DNA of 55,983 nucleotides, the filler included, from Dugesia japonica (lineage: Eukaryota), in assembly GCA_001938525.1 (NCBI GenBank). It is 4 parts of 4 records of this genome, joined end to end, with 100 filler letters (N's around TTAATTAATTAA, not from the genome) between each part and the next. Parts side by side here need not be neighbours in the genome. Positions count along the whole stretch, not along the records: positions 11,651 to 22,036 come from MQRL01627605.1; positions 22,137 to 37,372 come from MQRL01585465.1; 2 more parts are not named here. One strand, 5' to 3'. The position numbers were made by a program, and so were the translations under genes. Shown one piece after another: positions 11,651 through 24,365 of the stretch. The notes under the pieces are model-generated. The model made no database searches. It worked only from the letters and a program-made list of their open reading frames with translations, and was not told where the DNA came from. How positions within the stretch are numbered: position 1 is the stretch's first letter; every line of letters starts with the position of its first letter.

Positions 11651-12142
11651 CCATAAAAAGTATTATTTCCTTAATAAATAGCTATTATAATAAAATTAAA
11701 ACCACCATATAAGAATTATAACTAAATTAAATATTAAATAATTCCCTTAGCAGAATTGTCAGTTATATTTTACGTAACTGTTAAAGTCATTATTAACTTG
11801 GCAATAATTGTAAGCTTCATATGAGAGAACTATTGAAACAATAATCAGTAATAATAAAGCTGACAAAAGTTTCAACCAATCCATCAAACTTTTTATCGTG
11901 TTTTTTATATTAATTGTATTGTTGAATTTTATTTCTGGTTCCGTAACGTTAAATTGCAATTGTTGCTCTATAACGACATCATTGGCTGGATCAATAATTG
12001 ATTTACAAGTAATCGTTTTGAAATTACCAGATTTGTCAGCAAATAATACCAATCTTATAACAACATCTAAATTTTTCAAATTTAAAATTTTGAAATCCTG
12101 ATTTTCTAAAAGGATTTTAGCAGAATAATCTTTCCATTCACA
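11651..12142 (-). repeat. Near-identical duplicate of the 3' half of the 300-aa gene (probable assembly/haplotype redundancy)
   Basis: Matches 12193-12682 apart from about two synonymous differences; separated by a 50-N gap. Confidence 0.85.
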
Positions 12143-12300
12143 NNNNNNNNNNNNNNNNNNNNNNNNNNNNNNNNNNNNNNNNNNNNNNNNNNCCATAAAA
12201 AGTATTATTTCCTTAATAAATAGCTATTATAATAAAATTAAAACCACCATATAAGAATTATAACTAAATTAAATATTAAATAATTCCCTTAGCAGAATTG

Positions 12301-13203
12301 TCAGTTATATTTTACGTAACTGTTAAAGTCATTATTAACTTGGCAATAATTGTAAGCTTCATATGAGAGAACTATTGAAACAATAATCAGTAATAATAAA
12401 GCTGACAAAAGTTTCAACCAATCCATCAAACTTTTTATCGTGTTTTTTATATTAATTGTATTGTTGAATTTTATTTCTGGTTCCGTAACGTTAAATTGCA
12501 ATTGTTGCTCTATAACGACATCATTGGCTGGATCAATAATCGATTTACAAGTAATCGTTTTGAAATTACCAGATTTGTCAGCAAATAATACCAATCTTAT
12601 AACAACATCCAAATTTTTCAAATTTAAAATTTTNAAATCCTGATTTTCTAAAAGGATTTTAGCAGAATAATCTTTCCATTCACAGTCTACTGAAAATGTT
12701 GTATTAATGAGTATTGGATTGGATGCATTCGTTTTCATTACTAATTGATATTGATGCGGATAAATATTCATTTGAACAGCATAAATTGGTGTTATCTTAG
12801 GAAAATCGATATCTCGTCTTTGAATTGAAACTTCCAAATTTAGAGTATGATCAACCGATTGGAATTCAATTTCAAAGTAAATGACTTTATTCCAGTAAAA
12901 ATTTCGTTTCGGTTTAAAATGTAGATATTCTGCGAGATTGTGAGACATTTCAGCTAGGGGTTCATAACGAAAAACATACTCGTTATCATAATTCAAATAA
13001 AATGCTTCTCCAGGATAAAGTTTGCGATTTTCCAATAAACCTATTGTTAAATTAACTAAAGTATTTGATTTAACTGGAAAAGGGGGTTGTAAATCTACAT
13101 CATAAATCTTGTCGTAGTCGATTTGTTGTCCATGTTCATTAGAAATATTCCCAAACAAATTGTAGAGAATTATTAAAAAATAACTTGAAATAAATTTATT
13201 CAT
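12301..13203 (-). CDS. Single-exon type I membrane protein (300 aa), possible Ig-like domain
   Basis: Long intact ORF in AT-rich DNA; N-terminal hydrophobic signal; Cys pair VDCEW...LVLFADKSGNFKTITCK; TM LLSALLLLIIVSIVLSY; short tail. Confidence 0.85.
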   Translation of the reverse strand: MNKFISSYFLIILYNLFGNISNEHGQQIDYDKIYDVDLQPPFPVKSNTLVNLTIGLLENRKLYPGEAFYLNYDNEYVFRYEPLAEMSHNLAEYLHFKPKRNFYWNKVIYFEIEFQSVDHTLNLEVSIQRRDIDFPKITPIYAVQMNIYPHQYQLVMKTNASNPILINTTFSVDCEWKDYSAKILLENQDXKILNLKNLDVVIRLVLFADKSGNFKTITCKSIIDPANDVVIEQQLQFNVTEPEIKFNNTINIKNTIKSLMDWLKLLSALLLLIIVSIVLSYEAYNYCQVNNDFNSYVKYN

Positions 13204-13570
13204 GTAGTTATTCAGAATAGAAATTTAATTTCAGTATTGAATGTATCTATTGGTAAACTATTGATTATTTGAATATTATTATTTAAATTAATTATTGATT
13301 AAGTATAATAATGATAGAATTCTGTACTACGGAACTTCGAATCTTAAATGTTTTAGAAATGGAATATAAAATAATATAGAATTTACTTTTAAGATTCAAA
13401 CTCGAATTGAATTGACAGGTTCTGAATTTTTGTCGACAAACATGGATAAGTTTATATATATTGTTAAATTAACTAAAATATTTGATTTAACTGGAAAATA
13501 TATATATAAAAATCGAAGAAAAATTACAATTTTATAATAAAAACTCTGAAAACTCCATTTAAATATATTT

Positions 13571-14290
13571 TTGTATCACATGTTTCGGCAGAAAATCTGT
13601 CATATTCGGATACAATAATTTAATTCTTTTTTGAAAATTCTTTATGGATAAAGTATTATTCCTTTTTTAATTTTTTTNNNNNNNNNNNNNNNNNNNNNNN
13701 AGTTCTGATTATGTTAGCAATGATGCAATATCTCCAATAAATCAATTTAATTAAAAAAATTCAATAAAGATTTAGAACATTAACTTTTGGATCAATTGAT
13801 CTAATTATCAATGCTTCAAACATGACTCTCTTCCAATTATCTTTAAAGTTTATGCACAAAATTTTAAAATTATTTAAACTGATAACTTATTTATAATTAA
13901 TATTATATTCAGCAATATTACTTTGAATACAAATTCGACGATGTTCTTGAATTCTTGTACAGAGATGACGTGAAGTTTCTCNAATGTATGTGGCATTACA
14001 TCCATGACATTCATAATTATAAACAAGATCGAAACAGAATTGAATTGGTGTTTTTATTAAACATACTTATGATTTTATAAGATTGCGAAACAGTTTTAAA
14101 ATTCAAAGAGTCATTTCTATATTTTAGTAACCCACTCTTGAATTGCTTAAATCCTTCTGAATACGGAATAGTTAATACTATTTGTTAATGTTCAAATTTT
14201 AGCTTCTTAATTAAATAAAAATGGTTATTATAAATCAATTGTGGAGAAATTAAATCGTGAAACATTTGATAAGATCGTTTATACAAATAA
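13571..14290 (-). mobile_element. Penelope-like retroelement remnant (GIY-YIG endonuclease plus decayed 3' hammerhead)
   Basis: DLVYNYECHGCNATYIXETSRHLCTRIQEH; homologous to 22700-23760; decayed HHR at 13571-13616. Confidence 0.85.
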
Positions 14291-15218
14291 TAATTAAATT
14301 AAAGATGTCAATAATAATGGTACTAATAATTTAAATTGTGAAATATTATCCAAGACACAAATAAAATAGATAAGTTTAGAAGTAGTATAATTCTGTTTAG
14401 CCGTATTCTGTCTAAATTTCTGTTTCCAAATTCTTAGCATTTCATATTTGAATTTCATCATTCTGTCTGGTCGGTGGATGATTTCAGATCTTGTTAAAAA
14501 CTTCAATTGATGGTTACGTTTTATTATCCTTCTGATATTATAAGCTGTTGTTTTTGGTAGTTTCTAAAGAATAGAAAGAGAGTGTTTTGCAAATTTGGAG
14601 TATTTCTTTAACACGATTTTTGGCTGTGTAGGTTTCTAATAGCATATACCGCTGCTGATTTTCAAAACCATACTCCGTAACGTTTTTGATCTCATAAAAT
14701 CATTTCCCCGTAAATATCGCTACTGCTATCTCCGTGAGATGGTCTACCATTTGTAGCATGGATTATTATTCTAGGCTGTGTTTATGGAGCCGGAACCACT
14801 ATTATTTTATTTATCAACTATTTTATCATATGGCAGTGAAATGCCATGTTTCTACTAGACTACTATTGTCTACGATAATTCCATTGATTCAGTATCTACA
14901 ATGCAAATTAATTAAATTTATTTCTATTAAAATTGGTCATCGAACCATATCATTTTCAAAATTTAAAATTGGCTTATATTATTTGCCGTAAATTTTGATC
15001 GTTTTTTTAATAATTTGTTTTTTTAAAGGTCACCTTATAAATAACGATAATAATAACGATAAATAATAATATTAATATTATAAATATAAATATAGATAAT
15101 ATTTTCTCATAATATGGNNNNNNNNNNNNNNNNNNNNNNNNNNNNNNNNNNNNNNNNNNNNNNNNNNNNNNNNNNNNNNNNNNNNNNNNNNNNNNNNNNN
15201 NNNNNNNNNNNNNNNNNN

Positions 15219-16478
15219 AAAAATTCTCAGACATGTGTTGATGTGTTGCAATTATGTTGCATCTGAGTTGCATTCCTATTGCTTTCATTAAAATTTTCAG
15301 GCACACGTTGCTGTATTGCATTCATATTGCATCTCTATAGCATTCATTATTAAAAACATTAGTGTAGTCTTTATACTTGAAGTATACTGGACAGTCTTGA
15401 TATTTTTGCAATTGATTGGTCAGTATTTATTTTTTCTTGAAGTCTTGATATTTATGTATGATATTGGGTAGTCTTGATATTTTGATAGTATTGTAAGACA
15501 TTGGGCAGTCTTGATATTATTGCAAAGATATTGGACAATCTTGATATGTTCCGGCAGTCTAAAATTTAAATAAAACTAATTAAAATCATAAAATATTCAA
15601 AGAGTCTTTGTGATATTTTCATGATAAAATATTCAAATTAAAACTTTTCTTACAAATAATAAAAACATAGAACGTTTTTCTATGAAAAACATATTAGCTA
15701 AGTAATTTTGCAAATTAAATAATATTAGCGAGGTAATTTTCTATAAAACATCATATTAGCGAAGTAATTTTCCACAAAAAACCATGATAGTGAGAAAATT
15801 TTTCATAAAAAACATATTATTATTGACATTTTTTCATAAAAAACATTACTAGTGATATTTTTCCATTAAGCAAACATATTAGTAGTGACAATTTCCTATA
15901 ATAAACATATTAGTGAGGTAATTTGCCACTAGAAAACATATTAGCAAAGTCATTTGTCATTAAAAAACATATTTGTGAGGTTTTATTCCGTTAGAAAACA
16001 TAATACTAGTGATATTTTTCTAAAAAAAATATTACTAGTGACATTTTTCTAAAAAAACACAAACTACCTAGAAAAATTTCACTACAAAAGGATATTATTT
16101 TTAAAAACGTTTCATACCTATGATTTCTTATAGAAGCGTTTCATGCTTTTATGATTTTTAACATGCAAATATCTCAATTAATTAAATTAAATAATTTTAA
16201 TTAAATTATTTTAGACTGTTATAATTACAATTATTGTGAGAATAATTGTTGGACTTGCAATTGGGCTGCAATAGTGTTGTAATAGGGACGTAACACAGCT
16301 GCAACACACATTTACTGAAAATTTATTGCCTAAGAATTTTTAATAAGAATTTTAAATTTCCCACTAAAAACTAATTTTTTAAATAAATGCAATAGGCATG
16401 TTTGCCTGGGAATTTTAATGAAAGCAATAGGGATGCAATTCAGATGCAACACACCAAAACATGCCTGGGAATTTTTCA
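15219..16478. mobile_element. Non-autonomous element with ~100-bp inverted repeats enclosing a 30-bp minisatellite
   Basis: 15219-15325 is the reverse complement of ~16383-16478 (gttgcatctga.ttgcat.cctattgctttcattaaaatt); internal aaaacatattag...atttt 30-bp units at ~15680-16100. Confidence 0.7.
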
Positions 16479-17169
16479 AACTACTCAAACTACTAAAATA
16501 TAGCAATAATCTAAAAAAAACTTCTCCCACATAGCGTGGTAGCTAAGTAAATACATGGTAACTAAGTAAATACTAGCTAACTATGTAAATAATAAATTAA
16601 TTTTTAAAAATTTAATTTTATTCATTTCATATTAGCATAATTATAATAATTACAATTATGATAATAAGAAATTAAAAAATCAATTAATATATTGATTGCT
16701 TAATTTTATATTACTATAATTGTAATTATTATAATTATGGCAATATGAATTAGTATTTTTAATTTTAAATACATTTAAGATATTAAAATTAAACAATCAA
16801 TTAATATATTGATTTTTTAATTCCATATTTACTTAGTTGTTTTAAAACTTAAAAATGGAGAATTAAAAATGGAGAATTTAAAAATGATGAGTTTATTACA
16901 TTTACATGTTTATTGTTTTAAATGAATTATTTAAATTATATTTTAAAGGTTAATTTAATATAAATTTAGGTAAATCAAATAAAAAATTCACTTTATTATG
17001 CGGTCTATTATGATTAAAGATTCCATTAATATGGTTAATTATGTTTAAAGGTTCCATAGTAATATGGTTTATGATATTTAAAGGTTCCTTTAATATGGTA
17101 AAAAAATGTGTCACAGATGTATAATATATGTGCTAAATAATATAAAAATTAGATGTATTGAGTAAATAA

Positions 17170-17510
17170 CAGTTGCCTTGGAATTCCTTACCATTTTGTG
17201 GATCTGAGTCTAGTCAATTATTGACAATGATGACTGATTGTTCTTTTTTAAAACAATTGTAGTGGTGTTCAAATATGACCGTATGTAAACGGTCGGAAGC
17301 ATTGCTACTAGAGATGTACATACTGTAAATCGAGCTTAGCCTAGTTTGAACTACGCAAGTTGGTTGATAAGTTCAATTGTGAATGAACTCGATCGTGTGT
17401 TATCTGACCTTAATGGATTCTTTCTGTTAGACTGTTGTATGGCGGATGAGGTAATGCAACGGTATGGAATGAAAACAATACTGTTACTGAAACAATGCAT
17501 GAAAATAATT
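17170..17510 (+). repeat. Second copy of the 3885-4230 repeat
   Basis: Colinear similarity over ~330 bp. Confidence 0.8.
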
Positions 17511-18959
17511 AATTATTATTATTAATAATTTATTTAAACTAATTAACTTATAAAAAATTAATTAATGTCTTATTCTTTAAATACCTTTGAGCAAAAAATA
17601 TTTAGACTGCCCTTATCATATATATTTAGACTTAAAAAAACTCACGACACTCTTTAATAAAAAAAATTTAAATTCCACCACACCCGCAAAAAAATATTAA
17701 AATTTAATTACCCACAAAATTCCACTATTAATTAAAACGAAAATCTCAAAGTTCCACTAAGAATTAAAAATAAAATTCTATTAATTAAAACAAAAAAATT
17801 CCACCCTCCACGTTCAAAAATTTTTGATCACGATCAAAAAAATTCATCCGATTAAAAATTGATCCAGCCAAAACTCCGATCACCCCATTAATCCACCCGA
17901 TTCACTCAGAATTGAGTGACAACCAGTAAAAAAATAGCCTTACAATCCTAATTGAGTGACAACCACTTTACATAATAGTGGCACTAAAATCGTAGCACAA
18001 TCGTAAGCAATTATCTAACTCTTGAGAAGAATTGATTTTTGACATTGATTTTTGTTTTCCTTTGATCATAATAAATATTTTTGGATTAATTTATTGTTTT
18101 ATTTGCTGACTTTTTATATACATGTATTTGATAATTTCCAAAAAATACCTTTGAATACTAATAATAATATATATTTCAATAATATTTAATAAGAAAATAA
18201 TAAATTTTTTTATTGATATTAATAAGTTATGTCTTTTTTCATTTAAACAAAAATTTTAAAGTCATAATAATTCAATAAAAAATATTAATTATAATTTTTG
18301 AATAATTTTTTAAATAATTTTTTATAAGAAATATTTATAAAAATTAATATGTATTTGATAAAAAAAATTATAATATTTATAAAATCATGTTATTCAACAA
18401 GATTTAATAATAAACTCAATAATGTCCTTATTCCACTTTATATTTTTCTAAACATCATCAAAAATATTAATTTTACAATTAATGTGTTTAAGGTATCGTT
18501 TGATGTGTAAAATTTCACATTATTGTGTGAAAACTCAAAGTGTGAACAAAATCCACGTCTATGACAAAAACATTTTTATAATAATATTGTGTAAAAAATC
18601 ACTTGTAAATAAAAGAAAAATAGTCGTTTAAGGTGTGAAAGTAGCGTCAAAGGTTTGAAATTTAAATTAATGTTTGAAAATTTTTATGACAATAAAAAAT
18701 ATATTATTTGTGAAAATTAATTGTAAAAATTCAGACTTAATACTGTTTACGTTAAAGATGTGAAATTTGGCGGCAAAGTTGTGAAAAATCACACCTTAAG
18801 TATCGATTTCAATGTTTATATACAGTTGTGAAAGTTCTTATTTGAGATAATGTTAACATCCTGGCCCCAGACAGCTCATAACCCCCTACTAACAACGCAT
18901 GATAAAATAATAATAAAATAACACTATAAAAATTTATTTTTAAATAAAAAACATTTATA

Positions 18960-19400
18960 ACATCAATTTCACGTAACTATTAGTTCTACTATTTAATCTT
19001 TTGATCTTCCACATGACACCAGTTGATTTATGAACTTCGTGTATCTTTTACTTTTACTGGTAACATCCATTCAGATTTATTTTTTATAAATTTATCATTT
19101 ATTATTCTCGTCCTCATCATTAAGATTGATGAAAATTGAATCCTTTATTTTTATATCTTTGCTTAACCTTGCAAATAATGCTTCTAATATGTTTTTATCG
19201 TTCGTGTTAATATCGGAAAGAAGCAAACTCTATTTTTATTTTGTACTCAAAACTGGTTTCTGAAAAATTAATAATTTATAATAAAAACAATAAATAAAAT
19301 TACCTTGAAGTCATAAATAATAGGATTCCTGATGAAATATATCTTGTGATAATGGAAATCTGTAATTTTTCCAGATTCCATGGTAATTGATGAAACATTG
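18960..19400 (-). pseudogene. Decayed unknown gene with a predicted 44-nt intron (19260-19303)
   Basis: Minus strand AAG|gtaatt...tttttcag; coding-like LLLSDINTNDKNILEALFARLSKDIKIKDSIFINLNDEDEN with stops; upstream CCAAT/TATA-like layout. Confidence 0.35.
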
Positions 19401-20369
19401 TCTTAAGTAAGTAAATTTTCTACTATTTTTTGAATTCAAAAGTATTTAATGTTATTAAAACCGTAGTTTATATACTTTCTGTGATGCATACATACACGGT
19501 ATTTGTAAGTTTCTATTGGTTGATATTTGTTTTAGTTGATATGATTGATTGAATGCAATAAGTATGTAATAAGTATGCAACACTTGACTGATCATTTTGG
19601 ACTACCCAAAGCATACAATTACACATATAACTAGCTTTTGTAAAATGATTGCATCAACCATGCAACACATATGCAACACACATAAACATAATGACTACCG
19701 AAACAATAACAAAACATCAAGACTTTCAAAAAATAGCATTTAGACTGCCCAAATATAAGCATCTTACCCCTCTTCCACCATAATTTTAAAAAATGCATAT
19801 ATGCGTTTTCACACCTCGAAAAAATCGAAACCACACTTTTTCATATCACCCAACCTTTCTTCTTTCTACTAAAAATAAATCACACCTCAAAAAAACTTTT
19901 TCGCATACTTATGCTACTTACAAACCGAAACTCTTTATTCGTCGAAAAAGAAATCAAACATTTACCTAACAATCTCAAAACACTTTTCTATATGTTTTAA
20001 TGAAAACCTTAAATGTATTCATATTTGTATGACGTTTGTATAATTCTTCATAATAGTTTGTATATTTATGATGTAAATTGAGTGTATATTTATGTAATTT
20101 GTATTTATATTTGTTTATATTTGTATGAAGTTATGTATACACGTATGATTTAATGAAATTTGTATGTCTTAGTCATTGTATACATATGAAATAAGTGGAT
20201 AAATATGAAGATAGTACATATTTTATTTGAAATTATATCAAATTTTGCTATAATATAAAATTATTAATTACTTATGTATAAGACTCGTTAAAGTTAATGT
20301 ATTATCTACAAAATGTAAGTGATTTAGTAAAAGTGATTATTCCATAATTTTCAAAAATTGGGCTATAAT

Positions 20370-21200
20370 TGCACGAAATCTGTGTAAACCAATAAAAATA
20401 GCACTTATTATGTATGAAAAACATTGTATGTTATAGTAAGTTTATTAAATATTATATATATTTCTCAAAAAACATTGGTATATCATATCAGCATTTCGTG
20501 TTATTTGTACTATATACTGATAAACCCAGTACACTCATAAAGCCTTTACACTCATAAACCTGATACACCCATAACCTCTATAAAAAGCCACATACATTTA
20601 AAAACCTAATACACTCATTAACCCTATACACCTATAAGCCCTATTTTCACGATTTGCATGAAATCTGTGTAAACCTATCAAAATAGTACTTATTATGTAT
20701 GAAAAGCATTACATGTTATAGTAAGTTTATTAAGCATTATCTATAATTTTCAATAATATTGTGTATATTTTACCAAAATCTGGTGATATTCGTATTAAAT
20801 GACAGTTTACTTGTAAATGCTCTATTAATATAATATTCATGGAATTGATATAATTATTTACATGGCATAATGAAATTAAATTGGACTTATGAAATGAGAC
20901 CGTATTTGTATAGGTTAGGTTTGTATTTGTTAGGTTTTTCAAACAATCTCTAAAATTTTCATGCTATGACAAATTTACAAATATTTTAAGCATGTCATGT
21001 AAATTTTACAAAAATTGCAACCAAATCATGTAAGAATACTAAACATAGTAATCATGATATGTAAAAATAATGAGAATTGCAATCAAGTTATGTAAAAGTA
21101 ATAAAAATATTAACCATATCATGTAAAAATAATAACAATAATAACCATGACATTTAAATTTTTAAAAAATTGCAACTATGTTATGTAAAAAATAACAATT
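20370..21200. repeat. Local duplication (20370-20450 vs 20655-20735) with 20-bp and 30-bp minisatellites
   Basis: gaaatctgtgtaaacc...cttattatgtatgaaaa occurs twice; tacactcataaa units at 20525-20640; catgtaaaaataat units at 21000-21200. Confidence 0.75.
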
Positions 21201-22036
21201 GATTATATGTAAAGGCGGCCGGAACATTCATCTGTAAACTACTTTACAACCTTCCAACCATGATTTTTTAAAGTTTATACGTACATCCACAACCCGGAAA
21301 AATCAAGACACACATTTTTCATATCAACCAGCTTTTTCTCTTTCAATCAAAACATTATCAAACTAATAGAATTTCTTTTACCAATACATACTACTTACAA
21401 ACCAATAATCTTTAGTCTGGAAAAGGTAAATCAATAATTCAACCAAGCAACCCTAATTCAGTGCCATCCCCTGTCCAAACATTTACCCTTTCCATCAACA
21501 TAAAATTCATCCAAATCCACCAACTGCTAACAACAATAGACTTATATTAAGTAAAATACACGATAACTCATTGCCCTGGGACAATTCGTTCACAAGTTGA
21601 GAACCTTCGGGCGCATTTACACCATAAATCCTTTAAGCAATGTACAGGTTGAATTAAAAAGCCCGGTTAAATCCATCCTCAAAACACCAAGTTTAATAAA
21701 CCCAAAACTCATACACCACTTTTCAGTAAATTTTCATTTTTTACAATATCCTTATACACACACCACATCACCATACAAACTGCACCCAAATGTGCTCCTG
21801 CACTTTCACATACACATACACTCACAATATCACCCTTCATCAATATCACAATACATTAAAAAACTTTAAAATAAAAAAACTTCAAAATTAATAAACAAAA
21901 TATAAAATTCCCGCAAAACTTTCTCATTAATTGAAACAAAAAATGATCCGATTAATTCTGATTCGATTAAAAGTTACTAATCAATAAATACGCGATAACC
22001 AATACCAAAATCATAGACCAGGACAATATGTTTTCG

Positions 22037-22136
22037 NNNNNNNNNNNNNNNNNNNNNNNNNNNNNNNNNNNNNNNNNNNNTTAATTAATTAANNNNNNNN
22101 NNNNNNNNNNNNNNNNNNNNNNNNNNNNNNNNNNNN
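22037..22136. other. Artificial assembly spacer N44-TTAATTAATTAA-N44
   Basis: Same 100-bp design. Confidence 0.95.
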
Positions 22137-22699
22137 GTGATGGCTGCGTATTGTGACACAGCTAATGATTTATTAAAAACTATTGAATTGTCATTATATT
22201 GATGATATTTCGTATCAAGGTTCGACTGTATGGCGATTCTCATGATACAAAACCACAATACCGTTAACATATTTCATAACGTTCATCATTTCAACACCTT
22301 TAAGAACTAATATGGAAAACATTAAAAAAGATTTGTAAACAATGTACTTATTTTTGAATTGCTATGATATGGCAAATAAACTGATAAATAACGAGTTTCT
22401 TAGAGAAATGCTTCAACTAATAATTTTGTAAAGTTGAATAAAGTCAATTGGAAATATTCTGAAAACTAAGAAAACAATGGACACTCATTAAATGAATTCT
22501 ATTATACAATACTATTTATTTTTAATAAATATTTTTGTTAATTCTGCTCTTCAACTGTCAGAAAAATAAGATCTCCATTAAGAAATTTGAGTAATACTTG
22601 ACAAATTTAATTAATAGTTTTCACTGATTTTTCCAATNNNNNNNNNNNNNNNNNNNNNNNNNNNNNNNNNNNNNNNNNNNNNNNNNNNNNNNNNATTTT

Positions 22700-23760
22700 T
22701 CTATAACATGTTTCGAGAGAACATTTCTCATCTTTACATACACTATTTAATTCATTTGAAAGTTCTTATTTATAAAATGTTGTTGTTGTGTAATCAATTA
22801 TGTAATCTCTCCAGCAAATCAAATGAAATAAAAACATCCAATAAATACATGCTTAACACATGACTCGCTATCAATAATCTTTAAGGTTTCTGCACAAAAT
22901 TTTTAAATTATTTATACTGATAACTGATTTACAGTTAATACTATGTTCAGTAATATTACTTTCACTGCAAACTTGTAAATGTTCTCAGATTCTTGCACAG
23001 AAATGACGGGAAGTCTCTCCAATGTATGTGGCATTACACCCATTACATTCATATTTATAAACAAGATCAGAACACAATTAAATTGGTGTTTTACATTTGT
23101 TGCTAAACATATTTATGATTTTATAAGACTTTGAAACAACTTAAAAATTCAAAGAGTAAATTCTATATTTTAACAACAATTCACTCTTAAATTGTTTAAA
23201 TCTTTCAGAATACGGAATAGTTAATACGTAACTAATGTTATCTATCTTATTTGGGTCTTTGATAATACTTTCACAATTTAAATTATCATTATTATTGACA
23301 TCTTTAATTTGATTTTTATAAACAATCTTATCAATTGTTTCGTGAGTTAATTTCTCCACAATTGATTTACAATTACCATGTTTATTTAGTAAAGAAGTTA
23401 AACTTTGAACATTAGCACAAGACTTCAAATATGAAGAGTAAAGAGTCCATGATCTAGACAACAATCCTTTAATAATGTTCTACTTGTAGCGAGTATTCAT
23501 AAAGAAATTCGATATGAAAAATGTCTACTAGTTCTCAATTTTAGAATAATCATTATTTTTAAACTGTTCTGGTTTTATGCAACAAAAATTAAGATCTTTG
23601 AAATAAATTATTAACTCATTTCAGTCTAATTAGTCTACTTGAACCCATAGAACTTTTTTATATTTGAGCTTCGCACTACATTTTCTGTTTAAACAGATCT
23701 TTCACAAGCATATTATCTTGGCAAATACATATTTGCGGTAACCAAACAAAATTTCCCCGA
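22700..23760 (-). mobile_element. Penelope-like retroelement remnant (RT/thumb, GIY-YIG, decayed hammerhead)
   Basis: VLTIPYSERF linker; DLVYKYECNGCNATYIGETSRHFCARI*EH; NITEHSINC...KIL; gagaa-atg-ttctc...GAAACATGTT motif at ~22701-22740. Confidence 0.88.
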
Positions 23761-24365
23761 ATAAAAACCATGGACAAAATATTCCTGAAGTTGAATATTT
23801 TTCATATTTTCATGACAGAGTTGAAATATTTATGAAAATTTCGACTCTGAGGAGTTTCGTCTTAGTTTTGCCATACACTCCATATGTACATTATTTAAAG
23901 AAATTACCAAATATTAAATTTTCCAAAAATTTTAATCTAAAATTGAGTATTTCTTCAATGAGTAAAAAATATTATTTTTTAAAAATCTTCTACAAATTAT
24001 TATATATACTAGAATTCAAGATCTCGGTCTAATTTAAAAAAATTTTAAGCTCTCATTTCTCCTTAGAAACGATAAAATATCTTACCAAGATAATGTAAAA
24101 TTGTTGAATAATCTAATTACATGAATAAACTTTTTTTTGATAATCTATTTAATGATTCTTTACAATATTAGTTAGGCTTTGTTAACAATATACATAATCA
24201 CATAAGCCATGTATCATATATGATTCATAATTTATTTTCAGAAATACTTTTAACATTTAAAAGTAAATTTAATAAAGGCCTTTGACAGTAAATATGCTCT
24301 TATCGTTTTGTATAATTAAAATTCTTCAAAGCTTTAAGACAATGGTGAAATAAAGATGGAAGATA

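Noticed and set aside
11759-12196. Second copy of the membrane protein gene as a real paralog
   Set aside because: Near-identical, truncated at a gap and starting at a segment edge; most likely redundant assembly of alleles
14380-14950. Possible gypsy RNase H/integrase fragment (minus strand)
   Set aside because: Only isolated short motifs (IIHRP, IVVP); cannot be supported by eye
15680-16100. 30-bp arrays as CRISPR-like repeats (also 45290-45640, 45910-46125)
   Set aside because: Contiguous degenerate units without unique spacers; eukaryotic context with no cas genes
22137-22270. Possible signal-peptide N-terminus of a third surface protein (minus strand)
   Set aside because: Only ~44 codons before the spacer; not enough evidence
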